Below are positions 16,573 to 24,260 of a DNA stretch of 44,934 nt, piece after piece. The notes under the pieces were generated by a model, which ran no database searches, had not been told where the DNA came from, and saw only the letters and a program-made list of their open reading frames with translations. The translations under genes were made by a program, and so were the position numbers. The stretch comes from Chloroflexota bacterium (lineage in GTDB: Bacteria > Chloroflexota > Limnocylindria > Limnocylindrales > CSP1-4): NCBI GenBank assembly GCA_041691435.1, contig JBEPUS010000002.1:1-44934 (forward strand). Direction: 5' to 3'. Position 1 is the first letter of the stretch. Each line of letters begins with the position of its first letter.

Positions 16573-16918
16573 TGCGCGCCGCGCCGCGGTGGGACCAGGA
16601 CGCTCGTCTACAGGCCGCAGGACGGGTGGCGTTCCATCCGCGGGCCTGCCCCGGATCGCGGCCGGCTCGGCTGATCGCGTGGCCGATCTCGAAGCCCGTC
16701 TGGCCCGGCTCGAGACCACAACAGGCCTGCGCGAGCGCGGCCGCGACCTGATGGGCAAGGTGGCGCCGCCCGAGGCCGGTCAGCATTTCCGGAATGCCGG
16801 CCGGGAGCACCTCCTCGGGATCCGCTCCATCGTCGACTTCTGGATCCGGCGGATCGAGCTCGCCGATGAGCGTGCCGATGCCCCGTCACCTAGCCGGGAG
16901 ACGATCCAGATCGACTGA
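16565..16918 (+). CDS. Hypothetical small protein coupled to the ArsA-like ATPase
   Basis: ATG 16565 lies 8 nt inside the end of the ATPase gene. 117 aa with a predicted coiled segment (ADLEARLARLETT) and a conserved-looking HFRNAGREHLLGIRSIVDFWIRRIE helix. I recognise no family. Confidence 0.5.
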   Translation: MADARRAAVGPGRSSTGRRTGGVPSAGLPRIAAGSADRVADLEARLARLETTTGLRERGRDLMGKVAPPEAGQHFRNAGREHLLGIRSIVDFWIRRIELADERADAPSPSRETIQID

Positions 16919-16942
16919 GCACGGAAACGGATGCGCGTGCTC
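16917..16942 (+). terminator. Hairpin overlapping the stop codon of the small ORF
   Basis: gagcacg-N12-cgtgctc; no U-tract. Confidence 0.3.
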
Positions 16943-16995
16943 GCGTGACTACTGGTTAGAGGCAATCCCCGGCTCGACGGTCCAGGGTCGGGGGG

Positions 16996-18651
16996 ATGGG
17001 TATCCTCACGTTCCGCGGCAACCGATTCCAGGCAGCGATCGCCGGCCTGGCAATCGCCGCGATCCTGCTGGTCGGGCTGACCTACGGGCTGACGGAAGCC
17101 GCCCGGCGGGCGCTGGTCGTGGACAACGACGCAGCTACCAGCCTGGGCACCCTCGCCACCCAGCTGTCGGACGCCACGCACGACCAGGAAGCGGCCGTCG
17201 ACGACTACCTGCTCGTCAAGGCACCTGAGGCGGCCGCCCGCCTCCAGCAGTCCATCGCCACTGAGGCGCAGGTTGCCGCCCAGATGATTGCGATCTCGGC
17301 CTCCCAGCCGGACGTCATGACCGCCGTCGCGAGGGTCCGCGACGCCAGCGCGGCGTGGCGCCTGGCGTTCGTCGAGCCGGCCGTGCGGGCGGTCGACGCG
17401 GGTGGGTCCGTCGCCGCAATCGTGGAAGACTCGACCGACGACACCATCGCGATCCGTGCCGGCCTGGTGGACCTTGATTCGACCCTGGTCCGAGGCGACC
17501 AGGCGCTGACCGATCGCGACGATGCCCTCGCCACCGCACGGACCGTCTCCACTGGTGCCGCCGTCGCCGGGACGCTCGTGGCGACGCTGCTCGGCCTTTG
17601 GCTCGTGCGCCGCTACGGTCGCGCCCTGGATCGCGACGCGTTGCGCGCCGGCGTCCTGAACCGGTTCACCGAGGTTACGTCGTTCGCGCTCGACCCGACC
17701 GCGGTCGCCGCCTCGAACCTCGAGGCGCTCGCGCTCCTCGTCCATCCCGACGCAGCCGTCGCCCACGTCCTGAATCGATCCAAGGACCGGGCGATCCCGG
17801 AGGCGACGCTGGGTGACGCGATCGCCGACATCCTGCCCCTCAACGCCCTTGGCAGCTGTGCCGGGATCGTCCGCGGCAGCATGTTCGTCACGCCCGATGC
17901 AGCCGCGCCACTCAGCGTGCACTGCCCGGTTTACCCGATGGCCAGCGGCACCGTCGCATGCGTGCCCCTCAACAGCATCGAGCGCGTCGGTGCCGTCCAC
18001 CTGTACTGGAAGCAACCGAACGCGTTGCCCCTCGAGATTCGAGCGACAGTCGTCAGGATCGCCGAGCATGCGGCCCTGTCGATCGCCAACCAGCGCCTGC
18101 TGCTCGCCCTGCAGGCCCAGGCCAGCACCGATGCCCGGACCAGCCTCGCCAACAGCCGGGCGTTCGATGTGGCCCTCGAGGAGGCACTCGCCGGCCGTAC
18201 GGCGGACGAGTCGATCGCTGTCCTGATGCTCGATCTCGATCACTTCAAGGACTTCAACGACCGCCACGGCCATCCCGGCGGCGACGAGGCGCTGCGGGCG
18301 TTTGCCGAGGTGCTCCGCTCGTGCATGCGCGACGGCGACATGGCGGCCCGCTACGGCGGCGAGGAGTTTGCCGTGCTCCTCAGGGGGGTGGGGTCGACCG
18401 GTGCGCTGGCGATTGCCCACCGGATCCTGACCCGGACCGAGGCGACGATCATCTCACTGGGACCTGGCATCACCGACCGGCTCACCGTGTCGATCGGCGT
18501 CGCGGTGGCGCCGGTCCAGGGGGTGGAGCGCCTGACGATCCTGCGGGTCGCGGACCAGGCGCTCTACGAGGCCAAGGACGGAGGACGGAACCGGGTGGCG
18601 TACATGGGCGAGAGCCAGGGCGTTGTCACGCCGGTGGTCATCTCGGCCTGA
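16996..18651 (+). CDS. Membrane-anchored sensor diguanylate cyclase (periplasmic helical sensor, GAF-like region, GGDEF)
   Basis: Two TM helices flank a helical domain of about 170 aa. The C-terminal GGDEF domain has an active site RYGGEEF and an I-site RDGD exactly 5 residues upstream. Confidence 0.85.
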   Translation: MGILTFRGNRFQAAIAGLAIAAILLVGLTYGLTEAARRALVVDNDAATSLGTLATQLSDATHDQEAAVDDYLLVKAPEAAARLQQSIATEAQVAAQMIAISASQPDVMTAVARVRDASAAWRLAFVEPAVRAVDAGGSVAAIVEDSTDDTIAIRAGLVDLDSTLVRGDQALTDRDDALATARTVSTGAAVAGTLVATLLGLWLVRRYGRALDRDALRAGVLNRFTEVTSFALDPTAVAASNLEALALLVHPDAAVAHVLNRSKDRAIPEATLGDAIADILPLNALGSCAGIVRGSMFVTPDAAAPLSVHCPVYPMASGTVACVPLNSIERVGAVHLYWKQPNALPLEIRATVVRIAEHAALSIANQRLLLALQAQASTDARTSLANSRAFDVALEEALAGRTADESIAVLMLDLDHFKDFNDRHGHPGGDEALRAFAEVLRSCMRDGDMAARYGGEEFAVLLRGVGSTGALAIAHRILTRTEATIISLGPGITDRLTVSIGVAVAPVQGVERLTILRVADQALYEAKDGGRNRVAYMGESQGVVTPVVISA

Positions 18652-18676
18652 TTCGGACGAGCCCCAGGGCTCGGCC

Positions 18677-19237
18677 TCAGGACCCGGATTTCGGGCGGAT
18701 CCGGACGATCAGCATCGAGCCGCCGCCCTCGCTCGTTGCCTCGGCGTCGTGGGGGATCGTTCCGTCCCAGCGGATGTAGTCGCCGGGCCCGGCCTCGACG
18801 ACGTGCTCTCCCTGGGTCATCAGGAAGGTGCCCGTCAGGACCAGGTGGTGCTCCTCGCCGGCGTGGGCGTGGGCCCCGACCCGGGCGCCCTTCGCCGTGC
18901 CGGTGACCTCGAGGATGGAGACGTCGCGCGAGCGCCGGCCGTCGACATGCTCCACGCGGCCAAGCGGCGTCTCGATGACCGGCCGCTCCGAGGCCCGGAT
19001 CACAACCGGCTCGGGCACATCGTCGATGAGAAACCACGCGGCCGGGACCTCGAGGGCGCTGGCGATGGAGGTCAGGCACTGGAGCGAGGGCGATGCCTTG
19101 TCGTTCTCGATCTGCGAGAGATAGCCAATGTTGAGGCCGCTGCGCTCGGCGACGCCGGCCAGGGTCAGGCCCCGCTCCGTTCGCCACTTCTTGATCTGGA
19201 CACCGACCGCGGGCCTGCGCCGCTCCTCGGGACTCAT
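18677..19237 (-). CDS. XRE-family transcriptional regulator with C-terminal cupin domain
   Basis: HTH IKKWRTERGLTLAGVAERSGLNIGYLSQIENDKASPSL plus a cupin (HAHAGEEHHLVLTG). Start placed at ATG 19237, preceded by GGAGAGACAAC. Confidence 0.85.
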   Translation of the reverse strand: MSPEERRRPAVGVQIKKWRTERGLTLAGVAERSGLNIGYLSQIENDKASPSLQCLTSIASALEVPAAWFLIDDVPEPVVIRASERPVIETPLGRVEHVDGRRSRDVSILEVTGTAKGARVGAHAHAGEEHHLVLTGTFLMTQGEHVVEAGPGDYIRWDGTIPHDAEATSEGGGSMLIVRIRPKSGS

Positions 19238-19259
19238 GTTGTCTCTCCGCAATATCCGT

Positions 19260-19288
19260 TTGACATGGGCTACACGCCGTCGTATGGT
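19260..19288 (+). promoter_or_regulatory. Near-consensus sigma70-type promoter TTGACA-17-TATGGT for the F420-family reductase gene
   Basis: ttgaca 19260-19265, 17-nt spacer, tatggt 19283-19288. A 5' UTR hairpin cttgac-N12-gtcaag (19309-19332) and GGAGG (19338-19342) follow. Confidence 0.5.
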
Positions 19289-19348
19289 TGTGCCAACAAC
19301 AAATCTTGCTTGACAGAGGCAAACTCGTCAAGCCACGGAGGTCTCCCC

Positions 19349-19999
19349 ATGAAGATCGCGATCATCGGCGCCGGCAACGTTGGCACCGCCCTCGCCACCT
19401 CGTTCAAGCGCGCCGGACACGACGTCGTCATCGCGTCCCGTGACCCGGAGGACGCCGGCAGCGTCGCGACCGCGACCGGTGCGCGCGTCGCTCCATCCAA
19501 TTCGGCCGCGGCGACCGAAGCCGAGCTCGTGGTCCTGGCCGTCCCGTTCTCGAGCGCCGCTGAGATCGCCCGCGAGATCGCCCCGGCGGTCGCCGGCAAG
19601 CCCGTCGTCGACGCCTCGAACCGGATGTCGTTCGGTTCCGCCGGCCCTGAGATCGACACGAGCAGCTCGAACGCCGAGGATCTCGCCGTGCTCCTGCCTG
19701 GCGCCCACGTCATCAAGGCCTTCAACACGCTGCTTGCGAGCAAGCAGGTCGAGCCGCCCACCGACGGCATCGGGCTCGACGGATTCGTGGCCGGTGACGA
19801 TTCGACCGCCAAGGCACTCGTCCTGGAGCTCGTCGCCTCGATGGGCCTCCATCCGATCGACGTTGGTCCGCTGAGCCGGGCCCGCCAGCTCGAGGGCTTG
19901 GCCTTCCTGAACATCACCCTGAACGTGGCCAACGGCGGGTCATGGCAGTCCGCGTGGAAGCTCATCAACGCTCCGGACGCCCAGCCCAAGGCTGCCTGA
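19349..19999 (+). CDS. NADP oxidoreductase, coenzyme F420-dependent family (NpdG/P5CR-like Rossmann protein)
   Basis: Starts MKIAIIGAGNVGTALATSFKRAGHDVVIASRDPED. GGAGG 6 nt upstream. The track ORF start at 18623 is an unsupported extension. Confidence 0.8.
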   Translation: MKIAIIGAGNVGTALATSFKRAGHDVVIASRDPEDAGSVATATGARVAPSNSAAATEAELVVLAVPFSSAAEIAREIAPAVAGKPVVDASNRMSFGSAGPEIDTSSSNAEDLAVLLPGAHVIKAFNTLLASKQVEPPTDGIGLDGFVAGDDSTAKALVLELVASMGLHPIDVGPLSRARQLEGLAFLNITLNVANGGSWQSAWKLINAPDAQPKAA

Positions 20000-20032
20000 C
20001 CTGGTTGAATCGCGCCGCTCGCGGCGCTCCGG

Positions 20033-20064
20033 ACGGCGGTCGGGCTCTCCCGGCCGCCGTTTTC
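20033..20064 (+). terminator. Intrinsic terminator
   Basis: 12-bp stem acggcggtcggg / cccggccgccgt (one G-U), loop ctct, followed by ttt(c). Preceded by a second hairpin, gcgccg-ctcg-cggcgc. Confidence 0.6.
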
Positions 20065-20083
20065 ATGTCCTCGCCGCGACGGA

Positions 20084-20383
20084 TCAGGCGTCCGGCGCCT
20101 TGAGCAACAGGTCGCGGTAGGCGGGATGCCTGCGGATGTAGCCGGCGATGAACGGGCATCTGGGGATGACTCGTAGCCCCCGCCCGCGGGCGTCCTCGAG
20201 GACATGCACCGCGAGTCTCGTTCCGAACCCCCGGCCCGCAAACGCCGGGTCGACCTCGGTGTGCTCGAAGGTGATCTGCCCGGGCTCGAGGCGATAGGTC
20301 ACGAAGCCGGCCAGCCGGCCGGCGTCGGCCAGCTCGTAGCGGGAGGCCTCGGGCCGATCCTCGATCGTGATCGATTCGGCCAT
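20084..20383 (-). CDS. GNAT-family N-acetyltransferase, YjdJ-like (single small domain)
   Basis: 99 aa: ..ITFEHTEVDPAFAGRGFGTRLAVHVLEDARGRGLRVIPRCPFIAGYIRRHPAYRDLL, which matches the YjdJ pattern. Its ATG shares one nucleotide with the upstream stop (TGATG). Confidence 0.75.
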   Translation of the reverse strand: MAESITIEDRPEASRYELADAGRLAGFVTYRLEPGQITFEHTEVDPAFAGRGFGTRLAVHVLEDARGRGLRVIPRCPFIAGYIRRHPAYRDLLLKAPDA

Positions 20384-20730
20384 CAGCGGAGCAGGTCCTG
20401 CCAGTTGCTTGGCACCCGGCCGGCCGGGCCGGGGACGGGCTGGTCCAGGGGATGCCCGTCCGGTGGTGCCAGCTCGGGGCCGTGCGCGTAGACCGCCCGG
20501 GCATAGTCCCAGAACCAGTCCTCGCCGGGCTCGAAGCTGCGCGCGATCGGGTGCTGGGAATCGCTTGCGTGGTGACTTGCGTGCTGCGACGGGGATGAGT
20601 CGCAGCAGCCAACGTGGCCGCACTTGGCGCACCGGCGCAGGTGCAACCACCATCCACCGGATGCCAGGCACTCCACGCAGCCTGTCCCGCTTGGCGTGAT
20701 CGACGGGTCGATCTGGATTTCGGCGGCCAT
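20383..20730 (-). CDS. UBP-type zinc-finger domain protein
   Basis: 115 aa: GCVECLASGGWWLHLRRCAKCGHVGCCDSSPSQHASHHASDSQHP, a typical zf-UBP Cys/His pattern. The track ORF start at 21201 is an unsupported extension. Confidence 0.75.
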   Translation of the reverse strand: MAAEIQIDPSITPSGTGCVECLASGGWWLHLRRCAKCGHVGCCDSSPSQHASHHASDSQHPIARSFEPGEDWFWDYARAVYAHGPELAPPDGHPLDQPVPGPAGRVPSNWQDLLR

Positions 20731-20764
20731 CGTTCGATTCCCCTGCCTCGCGCGATCGTCTGGG

Positions 20765-20797
20765 CGACCGTCGTGGATATGATGCCCACGACGGTCG
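20765..20797. promoter_or_regulatory. Perfect 12-bp inverted repeat (9-nt loop) in the zf-UBP / DksA-like divergent region
   Basis: cgaccgtcgtgg-atatgatgc-ccacgacggtcg. It ends 9 nt before the GGAGG of the DksA-like gene. Confidence 0.7.
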
Positions 20798-20817
20798 AAG
20801 CACGCTGGAGGTACTGG

Positions 20818-21165
20818 ATGGATGAACGTCGAGCCCGTGAGCTGGTTGCCGCCGAGCGGGCCCGGATCGAGGGCGCCCTGGCCGACTTGACCGGGGCCAT
20901 CAACGCCACGGGATCGCTCGAACGGCAGCAGGCCGGCGAGCGCAACGAGGTGGGCACCGACCTGCAGATGGACGGCGTCGACATGGCCCTGGTCGCCGAC
21001 CTGCGCGAGCAGCTCGCGGCGGTCGGTCGGGCCGAGGAGCGCATCGCTGCGGGCACGTACGGTCGCTCGATCGAGGGCGGTGCCCTGATTCCCGCGGCGC
21101 GCCTCGAGGCGGCACCCCTCGCCGAGCGAACGGTGGAGGAGCAGGCGCGCTTCGAGCAAGGCTAG
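20818..21165 (+). CDS. DksA/TraR-family protein with all four zinc-finger cysteines replaced
   Basis: Start at ATG 20818, 6 nt after GGAGG. Coiled-coil N-terminus. The C-terminus GTYGRSIEGGALIPAARLEAAPLAERTVEEQ aligns to GxYGxCxxCGxxIxxxRLxAxPxxxxCxxCQ with C->S, G, T, E. Confidence 0.65.
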   Translation: MDERRARELVAAERARIEGALADLTGAINATGSLERQQAGERNEVGTDLQMDGVDMALVADLREQLAAVGRAEERIAAGTYGRSIEGGALIPAARLEAAPLAERTVEEQARFEQG

Positions 21166-21273
21166 CAGGAGCCGCGCACTCGGGCGTCGGCGGCCGGGCA
21201 CCGGTCGCTATCATGGCGACGCCGGCCGGAGGAGGCAGCTGTGCCAGACTCGGCGCACGGTGGAGGAACGTCG

Positions 21274-21678
21274 ATGAATGGCTTTCGCGAGTTCCTGCTC
21301 AAGACGAATGCCATGGCCTTGGCCATTGGCGTGATCATCGGCATTGCCCTGGGCAATGTCGTCAATTCGCTGGTCAACGACCTGATCATGCCGCCGGTTG
21401 GGGTGATCCTGGGCGGCGTCGATTTCAGCAGGCTCGTCATCAAGCTCAAGGACGCGACGACGGACGCGGCGGGCAAGCCGGTCCCGGAAGTCGACATTCG
21501 CTGGGGCATGTTCATCAACGTGGTGATCGCGTTCGCGGTCATCGCCTTCGTCGTGTACATGATCAGCAAGGCCCTCATCAAGGAAGAGGTCGCCGGGCCG
21601 TCGAAGACGTGCCCGGCCTGCAAGGAAGCCAACGCGGTGGACGCGACCCGCTGCCGCGCCTGCACCAGCACCATCTGA
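21274..21678 (+). CDS. mscL: Large-conductance mechanosensitive channel MscL with C-terminal CxxC..CxxC zinc-ribbon-like tail
   Basis: Starts MNGFREFLLKTNAMALAIGVIIGIALGNVVNSLVNDLIMPPVG (canonical MscL TM1). GGAGGA 6 nt upstream of ATG 21274. The tail is TCPACKEANAVDATRCRAC. Confidence 0.9.
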   Translation: MNGFREFLLKTNAMALAIGVIIGIALGNVVNSLVNDLIMPPVGVILGGVDFSRLVIKLKDATTDAAGKPVPEVDIRWGMFINVVIAFAVIAFVVYMISKALIKEEVAGPSKTCPACKEANAVDATRCRACTSTI

Positions 21679-21694
21679 AGGAGGGCTGCGAGGC

Positions 21695-21910
21695 ATGAAT
21701 CCCCTGGCGATCGAGCTCCTGATTCGGCACCGCCATGGCGACGGCAGCTGGAGTCCGATGGAGGAGAGCCCGGCCCATCACGATGCCGCGGCTCACGACG
21801 CCGAGCGGACCTGGGGGCGGGGCCGGATCTTCCGCTGCACGAGGTGCGCGGAGGAGATCCTGGTCGACGCTGAGCCGGGCCAGTCGTTGCCTGCCGAGGA
21901 CCGGCCCTGA
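21695..21910 (+). CDS. Hypothetical small His-rich protein
   Basis: 71-aa ORF 16 nt after mscL, with GGAGGG upstream. Contains one CxxC (FRCTRCAEE). I recognise no family. Confidence 0.45.
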   Translation: MNPLAIELLIRHRHGDGSWSPMEESPAHHDAAAHDAERTWGRGRIFRCTRCAEEILVDAEPGQSLPAEDRP

Positions 21911-21995
21911 GCGCTGGTCCTCCGGGACCTTCGGCCAGGCGAGACCCAACAACGGGGCGATAGGCCCGGCGCCGGGGGCACGCTAGCGTGGGCTC

Positions 21996-23444
21996 GTGCC
22001 TCCCAACGATGCGGCTGCGGTCGCGATTCGCTTCCTCGACGGGCTCGCCCTCCCGCCTGGCGCGGCCGAACCCGCGGAACCCGGCGCCGCGGGCGAGCCC
22101 ATCCCAACATCCCAGCTCCTGGCGGCCCTCTCCACCGCCCTGGACCTGACGGAAGGACAGCTCCCCGGACACTCGCTCCGAACGTGCTTCATTGCCAGCC
22201 GCCTGGCGCTCCGGCTGGGGCTGCCCGATCACGACCGGGCCAACCTCTTCTACGCCGCCCTGCTCAAGGATGCCGGCTGTTCGACCAACGCTGCGGCGAT
22301 CTCGCAGATCTTCGGTGGCGACGACATCGCCCTCAAGGCCAGCCAGTCCACGCTGGATCGATCGCTGACCGCCTATGCGGCCTTCACGATCCGGAACCTG
22401 CCCCTCACCGAACCATTGCCGGCCAGGCTGGGGCGACTCGTCCGAATCGCGCTGGCCGGCAGCCGCGAGCGACGGGCGGTGGAGCAGACCCGCTGCGAGC
22501 GGGGTGCCGCAATTGCGCGCAAGGCAGGCTTCGGCGAGGATGTCGGGAGAGCGATCGCCGACCTGCACGAACACTGGGACGGACACGGCCTGCCGTTCGG
22601 GCGGAGGCGCGACGAGATCCACCTCTTTGCCCGGCTGCTGGCGCCGTGCGCGGCGCTCGACGTGTTCAAGTCGGTCCGCGGACCCGATGCGGCCATCGAG
22701 ATGCTCCGGCGCCGGAGCGGCAGCTGGTACGAACCCGAGCTCATCGATGTCCTGCTTGCCGACGCACCGACCATCCTCGTGGAGCTGGCACAGCCGGACC
22801 TGGCCGGACGCACGTGGGAGCTGGAGCCCCGGAGCGAGGTGCGCGTCTCGGACGGCGCGGACGTTGACCGGATCGCCAGCGCCTTCGCCGATATCATCGA
22901 TGCCAAGAGCCCATTCACCGGTTCGCACTCGCGGGGCACGGCCGAGGTGGCTGAGGCGCTGGCGAGACGCCTGCGACTCGATCCGATCACGGTCGTCGAC
23001 GTCCGCCGCGGGGCCCTCCTGCACGACGTCGGCAAGCTGAGCGTGCCCAACTCGATCCTCGACAAGCCGGGCCGGCTGACCGACGCCGAGTTCACGATCA
23101 TCAAGCGGCACCCTGAGATGACCCATCGGATCCTGGCGCCGATCCCCACGTTCGCGCGGGTCGCCGAGCTGGCCGCCTCGCACCACGAGCGGCTCGACGG
23201 GACCGGCTACTTCCGGGGACTGTCGGCCGACGGCCTGGCGATCGGTGCGCGCATCGTGGCGGTGGCCGATGTCTACGAGGCGCTCACCGCCGACCGGCCT
23301 TATCGGCCGGGGATGGCGAGGGGCCAGGCCCTCCAACTCATCGGCACGATGTCGGGCGACCACCTTGCCGAGGAGGTCGTGGCCGTGTTGCCCGATGTCG
23401 TCGGCGACGTCCTCCGGGGCGCCCCACCGGCACGTCCCGCCTGA
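21996..23444 (+). CDS. Tandem HD-GYP domain protein (N-terminal degenerate copy, C-terminal canonical copy)
   Basis: C-terminal domain: LLHDVGKL .. HHERLDGTGYFRG. N-terminal domain: LLKDAGCS .. HEHWDGHGLPFG, in which the H of HD is replaced by K. GTG start with a weak RBS. Confidence 0.85.
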   Translation: MPPNDAAAVAIRFLDGLALPPGAAEPAEPGAAGEPIPTSQLLAALSTALDLTEGQLPGHSLRTCFIASRLALRLGLPDHDRANLFYAALLKDAGCSTNAAAISQIFGGDDIALKASQSTLDRSLTAYAAFTIRNLPLTEPLPARLGRLVRIALAGSRERRAVEQTRCERGAAIARKAGFGEDVGRAIADLHEHWDGHGLPFGRRRDEIHLFARLLAPCAALDVFKSVRGPDAAIEMLRRRSGSWYEPELIDVLLADAPTILVELAQPDLAGRTWELEPRSEVRVSDGADVDRIASAFADIIDAKSPFTGSHSRGTAEVAEALARRLRLDPITVVDVRRGALLHDVGKLSVPNSILDKPGRLTDAEFTIIKRHPEMTHRILAPIPTFARVAELAASHHERLDGTGYFRGLSADGLAIGARIVAVADVYEALTADRPYRPGMARGQALQLIGTMSGDHLAEEVVAVLPDVVGDVLRGAPPARPA

Positions 23445-23447
23445 GGA

Positions 23448-24260
23448 TCAGGGCGCTGTTCTGCGCCCGAGCAGGAACCAGGCCTGCGTCGAGCCTTTGC
23501 CCTTCAGCTCGATCGCCCCGCGAGGCTCCAGGTCGAACGTCCCGGCCAGCGCCGTCGCGACGACGTCCGAGACCTGGATCCGGCCCGCAGGTGCGGCCGT
23601 CTCCAGGCGGCTGGCGACGTTGACGGCGTCGCCCCACAGGTCGTACACGAACTTGCTTGTCCCGATCACGCCGGCCACCACCGGACCCGCGTGCAGGCCG
23701 ATCCGGACCTGCCAGGGCGGCCCGGCGGCTTCGACTGCAGCGCGCATCGCCAGGGCCAGGTCGGCCGCCGCGGCGAGGGGGTCCGGGCTGGTCCCGGGCA
23801 GGCCTGCCGCTGCCAGATAGGCGTCGCCGATCGTCTTGATCTTCTCGACGCCGAGCTCGACGCAGGTCGCGTCGAACGACGAGAACAGGTGGTTGAGGGC
23901 CGTGACGAGGGTGGCGACCGGCAGGCGCGCGCTGATCTCGGTGAAACCGACGAAGTCGCTGAAGACAACGGCCACGTCGTCGTAGCGATCGGCGATCAGA
24001 CCCTCACCGGCGTTGAGCCGGTCGATGATCGGCTGGGGCAGCACGTTGAGGAGGAGTCGTTCCGAGCGCGCCCGTTCGACCTCGAGCTCATCGCGCAACC
24101 GTTCGAGCAGGCGCGCGTTGGTGTCCCGGATCTGCTCGACCCCGCTGAGCGTCGCCTCCAGCTGGCGCACGCGGCGGGCCAGCCTGGCCGTCTCCTTGCG
24201 AACATCCTCCGGTGCGGGCTCTGGCGTGCGCTCTGCTGGCCCGCCCGGGTCCGCCGTCAC
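23448..24260 (-). CDS. Class III adenylate cyclase (coiled-coil N-terminus, no sensor domain)
   Basis: VVFSDFVGFTEIS, KIKTIGDAYLAAAGLP, KFVYDLWGDAVNVASRLE (a Lys/Asp pair typical of ATP specificity). Start placed at GTG 24260, overlapping the FIST stop (GTGA). The track start at 24443 overlaps FIST by 187 nt. Confidence 0.85.
   Translation of the reverse strand: MTADPGGPAERTPEPAPEDVRKETARLARRVRQLEATLSGVEQIRDTNARLLERLRDELEVERARSERLLLNVLPQPIIDRLNAGEGLIADRYDDVAVVFSDFVGFTEISARLPVATLVTALNHLFSSFDATCVELGVEKIKTIGDAYLAAAGLPGTSPDPLAAAADLALAMRAAVEAAGPPWQVRIGLHAGPVVAGVIGTSKFVYDLWGDAVNVASRLETAAPAGRIQVSDVVATALAGTFDLEPRGAIELKGKGSTQAWFLLGRRTAP

Noticed and set aside
16780-18420. 546-aa minus-strand ORF across the diguanylate cyclase gene.
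   Set aside because: Shadow ORF. The + strand has TM helices, an I-site and GGEEF, and the minus-strand translation has no domain signature.
19310-19315. Second TTGACA as a -35 element.
   Set aside because: No -10-like hexamer at 16-19 nt (ccacgg). It more likely forms the left half of the 5' UTR hairpin or operator.
21162-23363. 733-aa minus-strand ORF spanning mscL, the small ORF and the HD-GYP gene.
   Set aside because: It crosses three well-supported + strand genes and two intergenic regions, and its composition is non-protein-like.
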